Below, one piece after another: positions 37,623-42,722 of a DNA stretch of 42,722 nt; the stretch's first letter is position 1; each line of letters opens with the position of its first letter. A model generated the notes under the pieces. The model worked only from the letters and a program-made list of their open reading frames with translations. It ran no database searches and had not been told where the DNA came from. The translations under genes and the position numbers were made by a program. The stretch lies in the sequence record SRR16203515_5557. One strand, written 5' to 3'.

Positions 37623-38432
37623 TTAAAATACGTCTTTACGACCTTTTTCTGCTTCTACTAGCAATGTACGCGCCTTATCAAGCTTGCTCTGCATGGCTTC
37701 AACCACCTCGCGAACACTATCAACGCCGGCATCTTTTGAGATGGCTTGGGGTAAGGTCACGTTAAAATCTTTTTCAAGATCTTCCACTAACTCGGCGTCC
37801 TTAGCAATGAGATCACCTTCAACACCTTCAAAACGTTGCAAGTAAGTGTCGTGAACTAAGGTAGTAGCCACTTCGTGCAATTGTTCCGCATATTTAGCCA
37901 CAACCCGATCTAGGCGTGTTTTAATATCGTCAATAACAGCAGGCGCGGTGGTTGGCTCTACTTCGGTGGTCTGTACTTTCGCCAGCATGCCTTTCTTTTG
38001 ATACTGGGACGCAAGTTTAACTGCGCCTAGTGCTTGCCACAAGGCATGATTGAGTTTGCGCTGTTCATCTCGAACCTCGCTAACCGGCTTACCATTATCT
38101 ATGGCCATTTTTACCCCATAGATACCCTGCCAGATAGACGCATAAACGGGCACATATTGGGTTTCAATGGCAGAGTGAAAGTCTACTTCTTCCCAATATT
38201 CAATCATCACATCAGTACTAAGATCTTTATCCTTAGCTTCATACTTATCGACGACAGCAGCAAACTTTTGTTCTAACCAATGCACTTCTTCAGTGTATTC
38301 ACCAATGTGTGCATGCAGGTTATTGACATGATCACCAATGGCACCATTGGCGAATGCACTGCCCGAGGCAAGCGTAAAAGTGAGGGTAGATGCGAATACT
38401 AGTGCACTCATACGTTTTAGCGTTGTCATCAT
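37623..38432 (-). CDS. Secreted helical hypothetical protein, first gene of the Fur-boxed operon
   Basis: ATG at 38432 after AGGA (the ORF-track start at 38480 lies inside the Fur box); Sec signal ending AFA; acidic and His-containing helical body. Confidence 0.85.
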   Translation of the reverse strand: MMTTLKRMSALVFASTLTFTLASGSAFANGAIGDHVNNLHAHIGEYTEEVHWLEQKFAAVVDKYEAKDKDLSTDVMIEYWEEVDFHSAIETQYVPVYASIWQGIYGVKMAIDNGKPVSEVRDEQRKLNHALWQALGAVKLASQYQKKGMLAKVQTTEVEPTTAPAVIDDIKTRLDRVVAKYAEQLHEVATTLVHDTYLQRFEGVEGDLIAKDAELVEDLEKDFNVTLPQAISKDAGVDSVREVVEAMQSKLDKARTLLVEAEKGRKDVF

Positions 38433-38462
38433 AAGGGTTCCTAATGCGTTATTTGTTACGCA

Positions 38463-38481
38463 AATGATACTTATTATCATT
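38463..38481. promoter_or_regulatory. Fur box
   Basis: AATGATACTTATTATCATT has one mismatch to the 9-1-9 consensus AATGATAATNATTATCATT and lies 30 bp upstream of the operon. Confidence 0.88.
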
Positions 38482-38572
38482 AATCAAGTAAAGGCAACTC
38501 AGCGTAAGATTACGTGTATTTAAAGTACGCAAAACTTGCCATTTTGTTCATCTTAGCGGCAGGTACTGGGCT

Positions 38573-38608
38573 AAGAAAAAGGGCCGAATGCATAACATTC
38601 AGGCCCTT
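38573..38608 (-). terminator. Rho-independent terminator after the peroxiredoxin gene
   Basis: On the minus strand, GGGCCTGAATG-ttatg-CATTCGGCCC followed by TTTTTCTT. Confidence 0.8.
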
Positions 38609-38638
38609 ATAATATGACGGGTTAACCTAGAAATTGGC

Positions 38639-39112
38639 TTATAGGCTGTCTAACATGCTTTGCGCATCGCTCACTTCAAACCGACCTGGGTCTTCTATAT
38701 TTAGTTTTTCAACATTGCCATCATCTATTAACATGGAGTAGCGCAGTGAGCGTAGGCCGCCAAAGTTGCTGGTGTTCATATCGAGGCCAATTTGTTTGGT
38801 GAAGTGGCCGTTACCATCGGCTAGCATGATGATTTCATCTGCGTTATGGGCCTTTCCCCACGCATCCATTACAAAGGCATCGTTAACCGCAAGGCAAATA
38901 ATACTGTCTATGCCTTTGGCTTTAATTTTATCTGCCAAGGCAATATAACCAGGCAAATGTGCATGGGAGCAGGTGGGGGTAAACGCACCGGGAACGGCAA
39001 ACATCACCACACGCTTATCCCCAAAGAGTTCGTTCGTCCCTGGGTTCGTCATTTCGCCGTTTATTAAAAGGCCGAAGTCCACTTCGGGTAAGGTGCTACC
39101 AACTTGTATCAT
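38639..39112 (-). CDS. Prx5-type peroxiredoxin
   Basis: FAVPGAFTPTCSHAHLPG, VNDAFVM, LADGNG, RSLRYSM. Confidence 0.94.
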   Translation of the reverse strand: MIQVGSTLPEVDFGLLINGEMTNPGTNELFGDKRVVMFAVPGAFTPTCSHAHLPGYIALADKIKAKGIDSIICLAVNDAFVMDAWGKAHNADEIIMLADGNGHFTKQIGLDMNTSNFGGLRSLRYSMLIDDGNVEKLNIEDPGRFEVSDAQSMLDSL

Positions 39113-39121
39113 GCTGTTCTC

Positions 39122-39910
39122 CTAGAGTGTTTTACTCAAATACACATCAAATCTATGTTTTTTACTTGTTATTGCCATTGATGGTTTTTTTTCTGCTAGC
39201 ACTGGCGCACTGTTTGGTCGCTTAACCACCACCCTATGGGTAGCCAGAGCAAGTGCCGGCGATAACAGCGCGTCTGCATCGGGATCATGCCCCAATAGTT
39301 GCTGAAATAGCCGCATTTCCTTTTTCACCAAGGCTGACTTTTTTTTATGTGGGAACATAGGATCTAAGTAAATTGCATTCACTTCCCCACCATCCCAGTA
39401 TTGCATCACCTCCGCACTATTTCCATGTTGCAATGACATTCGTTCGGCCAATTCTGGAAAGCTTATCGCAAGACGGCGAATACCATCGTCTAGTAACGCT
39501 GCCACCACAGGCGAACGCTCTACCATAGTGACGTGACAACCTTGACTCACTAGCACGAATGCGTCACGGCCGAGGCCCGGTGTAGCGTCTAACACATGCC
39601 AGCTATCCTGCCCTTTTACGCCAATCGCTTTAACAATCGACTCCTTTTTACCACCGCCATGTTGTTTGCGATACAAGCTAGCGGGTGAAGCAAAGTCTAC
39701 GTCTACGGGTAAGGTCTTAGGCTCACTGGCATCGGCTAACGCTAACACCTGATTGTGTACACAAAGATAAAACCCTTCGCTGGGCGGCTGATCGGCGGCG
39801 GTAAACCCCCATTTATCACATATTGCGTGGGCTAACTGGCTATCTTCAGTATAGGTGGGGGCATCGGTTGAACTAGTTACCACGACAGACGGAGAATTAA
39901 GCATGACCAT
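39122..39910 (-). CDS. rsmJ: 16S rRNA m2G1516 methyltransferase RsmJ
   Basis: DATPGLGRDAFVL, ERSPVVAALLDDG, YLDPMFP, RVVVKRP, RFDVY. Confidence 0.92.
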   Translation of the reverse strand: MVMLNSPSVVVTSSTDAPTYTEDSQLAHAICDKWGFTAADQPPSEGFYLCVHNQVLALADASEPKTLPVDVDFASPASLYRKQHGGGKKESIVKAIGVKGQDSWHVLDATPGLGRDAFVLVSQGCHVTMVERSPVVAALLDDGIRRLAISFPELAERMSLQHGNSAEVMQYWDGGEVNAIYLDPMFPHKKKSALVKKEMRLFQQLLGHDPDADALLSPALALATHRVVVKRPNSAPVLAEKKPSMAITSKKHRFDVYLSKTL

Positions 39911-41981
39911 ATTGCTCCTTATGCCCTATCCAACGATTAATAATAGCCTGGGCATGGGATGGGTATTGAGCCCATAGGGTGTTGGCAATTTCCTGTACCT
40001 GCGGAATTAATGCGGCATCTCGCACTAAATCGGCAATCTTCAATTCGGCCATGCCAGTCTGGCGCGTACCCATAAATTCCCCCGGCCCTCTAATTTCCAA
40101 GTCCCGTTGGGCAATATAAAAACCATCATTAGATTCACGTAACACGCCAAGTCGCTGAGTGGCGGTTTTAGACAGCGGACTTTGGTACATAAGTACACAC
40201 TGGCTTTCTACTGCGCCCCGCCCTACCCGGCCGCGTAGCTGATGCAGCTGAGCCAGTCCGAGCCGTTCTGGGTTCTCAATGATCATAATACTGGCGTTCG
40301 GCACATCGACCCCTACTTCAATGACGGTGGTGGCCACCAATAAATCTAATTTGCCGTCTTTAAAATCCGCCATCACCTGGGCTTTTTCTGCCGGCTTCAG
40401 ACGACCATGCACCAAGCCCACCTGCAAATCGGGCAACGCCGTGCGCAGGGTAACGGCTGCATCTTCCGCCGCTTGGCATTCAAGCACTTCAGATTCATCA
40501 ATGAGCGTACACACCCAATACGCCTGACGGCCATTGTCTTTGCACGCCTGACGCACCCGCTCAATAACATCGGCACGACGGGTATCGGGTAACACGACGG
40601 TTTGCACAGGAGTTCTGCCCGGCGGAAGCTCATCTATTATCGAGGTGTCCAAATCGGCGTAAGCCGTCATCGCCAGAGTTCTTGGAATGGGGGTGGCTGT
40701 CATAATCAGCTGATGGGGATAGCGCCCCTGCTGTTCACCTTTATCTCGTAACGCAAGGCGTTGATGCACGCCAAACCTGTGTTGCTCGTCTACAATCACC
40801 AATGCAAGCTGCTGGTAATTGACGCTCTCTTGGAAAATAGCATGGGTGCCCACCAGCATTTGAATATCGCCGGCCTCAAGGCGCGCCATCACCTCATTAC
40901 GGGCTTTACCCTTTAGTTTGCCGGCCAACCAGCCCACTTCGATACCTAAGGGCTCTAGCCAACCACGAAAATTATTCGCATGCTGTTCTGCCAAAAGTTC
41001 AGTAGGCGCCATCAAGGCGACCTGATAACCCTCACCAATGGCGGATAACGCAGCAAGCGCCGCCACCAAGGTTTTCCCCGAGCCCACATCTCCTTGCACT
41101 AAGCGCATCATGGGCCGGGCATGTTGCATATCTTGTTGAATATCGGCTACCACACGCTGCTGTGCGCCAGTAGGAGAAAACGGCAGCTGGGCAAGCATGT
41201 TATCAATGAGCCCCTGATTCACTTGTATCGCGATGCCTGGCTGGGCATCAGAAAGTTTACGTACCTTAAGTACGCTTAAGTGATGCGCGAGAAGTTCTTC
41301 TAAAATGAGACGATATTGGGCCGGGTGTAGCCCTTCTTCCATCTCGTGCACATCTACGTCAGGGGGCGGACGATGCACCAAATGCAATGCTTCATTTAAA
41401 CTTATTTGTTCATCGTACATATGCTCGGGAAGCAAGTCGGCCAATGCGCCTTTATCAAGCAAGGCGAGTGCTTGGTCGGTGAGATTGCGCAGGGTAAGTT
41501 GTTTTACCCCCTCGGTGGTGGGATAGACCGGTGTGAGCGACTCTTCGGTGATCGGCGCGTCCTCGTCCACTAGTTTGAACTCGGGATGCATCATCTCAAT
41601 GCCCCACTTACCGGTACGCACTTCGCCAAAACAACGCACCGTATTACCCGGTGTCATCATGGTACGCTGTACGGCTCCAAAGTGAAAAAAGCGCAAGGTG
41701 ATGGTGCCGGTGCCATCACTTAGTTTCACTACTAGCATACGTTTTTTACCGTATTGAATATCGGCACTTTTCACTTCGCCCTGTACACTTACATGAGTAA
41801 ACGGACGACACTCAGCCACCGCGTAAATACGGGTTCTGTCTTCATAGCGAAGAGGCAGATGAAACAGAATATCTTGCAGGGTAAACAAGCCAATTTTGTT
41901 TAGCTTTTCTGCCACTTTTGCACCCACTCCTTTAAGAGCAGTGATCGGCGTGGTAGCCAGTGTTTGCATTTGGCCCGGCAT
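39897..41981 (-). CDS. recG: ATP-dependent DNA helicase RecG
   Basis: QGDVGSGKT, DEQHRFGV, MTATPIPR, QLHQLRGRVGRG, RGPGEFMGTRQTG. Confidence 0.98.
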   Translation of the reverse strand: MPGQMQTLATTPITALKGVGAKVAEKLNKIGLFTLQDILFHLPLRYEDRTRIYAVAECRPFTHVSVQGEVKSADIQYGKKRMLVVKLSDGTGTITLRFFHFGAVQRTMMTPGNTVRCFGEVRTGKWGIEMMHPEFKLVDEDAPITEESLTPVYPTTEGVKQLTLRNLTDQALALLDKGALADLLPEHMYDEQISLNEALHLVHRPPPDVDVHEMEEGLHPAQYRLILEELLAHHLSVLKVRKLSDAQPGIAIQVNQGLIDNMLAQLPFSPTGAQQRVVADIQQDMQHARPMMRLVQGDVGSGKTLVAALAALSAIGEGYQVALMAPTELLAEQHANNFRGWLEPLGIEVGWLAGKLKGKARNEVMARLEAGDIQMLVGTHAIFQESVNYQQLALVIVDEQHRFGVHQRLALRDKGEQQGRYPHQLIMTATPIPRTLAMTAYADLDTSIIDELPPGRTPVQTVVLPDTRRADVIERVRQACKDNGRQAYWVCTLIDESEVLECQAAEDAAVTLRTALPDLQVGLVHGRLKPAEKAQVMADFKDGKLDLLVATTVIEVGVDVPNASIMIIENPERLGLAQLHQLRGRVGRGAVESQCVLMYQSPLSKTATQRLGVLRESNDGFYIAQRDLEIRGPGEFMGTRQTGMAELKIADLVRDAALIPQVQEIANTLWAQYPSHAQAIINRWIGHKEQYGHA

Positions 41982-42064
41982 CCTTAAATCAAACGTATGA
42001 TTTTGTTGAAGTAGTTTTTATTAACACTGGCAGTGTAATGGATTGTCGCAGGCTTGGCGAGTAC

Positions 42065-42095
42065 GGTTTACGGCCAGTTTGCTAGGCCGTAAACC
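42065..42095. terminator. Hairpin between trmH and recG
   Basis: 11-bp stem GGTTTACGGCC-agtttgcta-GGCCGTAAACC. Confidence 0.5.
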
Positions 42096-42127
42096 CTGTG
42101 TGTATTACGGGTATAAAATAACGCCAG

Positions 42128-42722
42128 CTAATCGCCGTCAACAGAGAGTGCGGCGGCTTCTAGCGGGGTAATTTGCATGGCTTGCCACCAACTGTCATCG
42201 GCAATAATTTCACCGTTTTCGGCTAACGGTGGAAATGCTATCCCTTTACGTTGGCACAGCTTAAATAGCCGAGGGTAACCATTTTCAAAGGATAACGCCT
42301 GACATTCTTGTTCTGGCAAATGCTGTGTGTTGTACATGCCAGCAATAGTCCGCTGGCGCTGAGCTTCGTAAAGCACCAGTGCGGCCGCCACCGACACATT
42401 AAGTGACTGCACCATGCCCATCATAGGGATAACAATATCTTGATCAGCCAATGCTTTTGCTTGATCGGTGGCACCGTATTTTTCCTGACCAAATAAAATG
42501 GCAGTAGGTTTGGTGTAATCCACATCACGAAAATCTACCGCACTGTCCGATAAGTGGGTAACTAGCACCTGCATTCCCTGGCCTTTCAAGGTGGCCATGG
42601 CATCGTCAATAGTATCGTGGTTAGTTTGTCGTACCCAATTTTGACTGCCCATGGCGGTACCACGACGAAACTGGTACTGCTCTTCCCACACCGTATGCAC
42701 CCGGTGAATACCCACGGCATCA
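42128..42722 (-). CDS. trmH: tRNA Gm18 2'-O-methyltransferase TrmH (5' end outside the window)
   Basis: DAVGIHRVHTVW, FGQEKYG, IPMMGMVQSLNVSVA, YEAQRQR SPOUT motifs; upstream of recG. Confidence 0.95.
   Translation of the reverse strand, partial: DAVGIHRVHTVWEEQYQFRRGTAMGSQNWVRQTNHDTIDDAMATLKGQGMQVLVTHLSDSAVDFRDVDYTKPTAILFGQEKYGATDQAKALADQDIVIPMMGMVQSLNVSVAAALVLYEAQRQRTIAGMYNTQHLPEQECQALSFENGYPRLFKLCQRKGIAFPPLAENGEIIADDSWWQAMQITPLEAAALSVDGD

Noticed and set aside
38433-38480. N-terminal extension MIISIICVTNNALGTL given by the ORF track
   Set aside because: It overlaps the Fur box and has no RBS; the ATG at 38432 has an RBS and begins a proper signal peptide.
1-42722. CRISPR arrays, IS elements, integrases, tRNA/rRNA genes and anti-phage defence genes
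   Set aside because: No regularly spaced repeats, transposase/integrase motifs or structural RNA signatures were seen by eye; tRNAscan-SE, Rfam and DefenseFinder runs would be needed to exclude them fully.

Overview
Bacterial chromosomal window, probably a marine Alteromonadaceae (Alteromonas-like) gammaproteobacterium, inferred from gene content and style. Core genes are a partial mgtE, a yigI-like thioesterase, recQ, ribA, argO/argP, yhiN, a Prx5 peroxiredoxin, rsmJ, recG and a partial trmH. They are interspersed with signalling and transport genes: a 7TM-DISM/PAS/GGDEF/EAL protein, an MCP with a Cys-rich partner, three clustered diguanylate cyclases, an AcrAB-type RND pump, a TonB-dependent receptor and an Fe3+-type ABC operon. 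I saw no rRNA, tRNA, CRISPR array, transposase or phage genes. The leading candidates for poorly described systems are: (1) a Fur-boxed operon in which an unannotated, internally duplicated, secreted helical protein precedes a Tat-exported FbpA/FutA-like ABC transporter; (2) a translationally coupled CoA-transferase::Pat-type GNAT fusion plus HDAC-family deacylase; (3) a His-rich membrane MCP coupled to a Cys-rich thioredoxin-like protein next to a glutaredoxin-MauE fusion; (4) a possibly split membrane diguanylate cyclase with a perfect 26-bp palindrome upstream. A Zur-like box precedes ribA. All family assignments are from motif recognition by eye; no database search was run.
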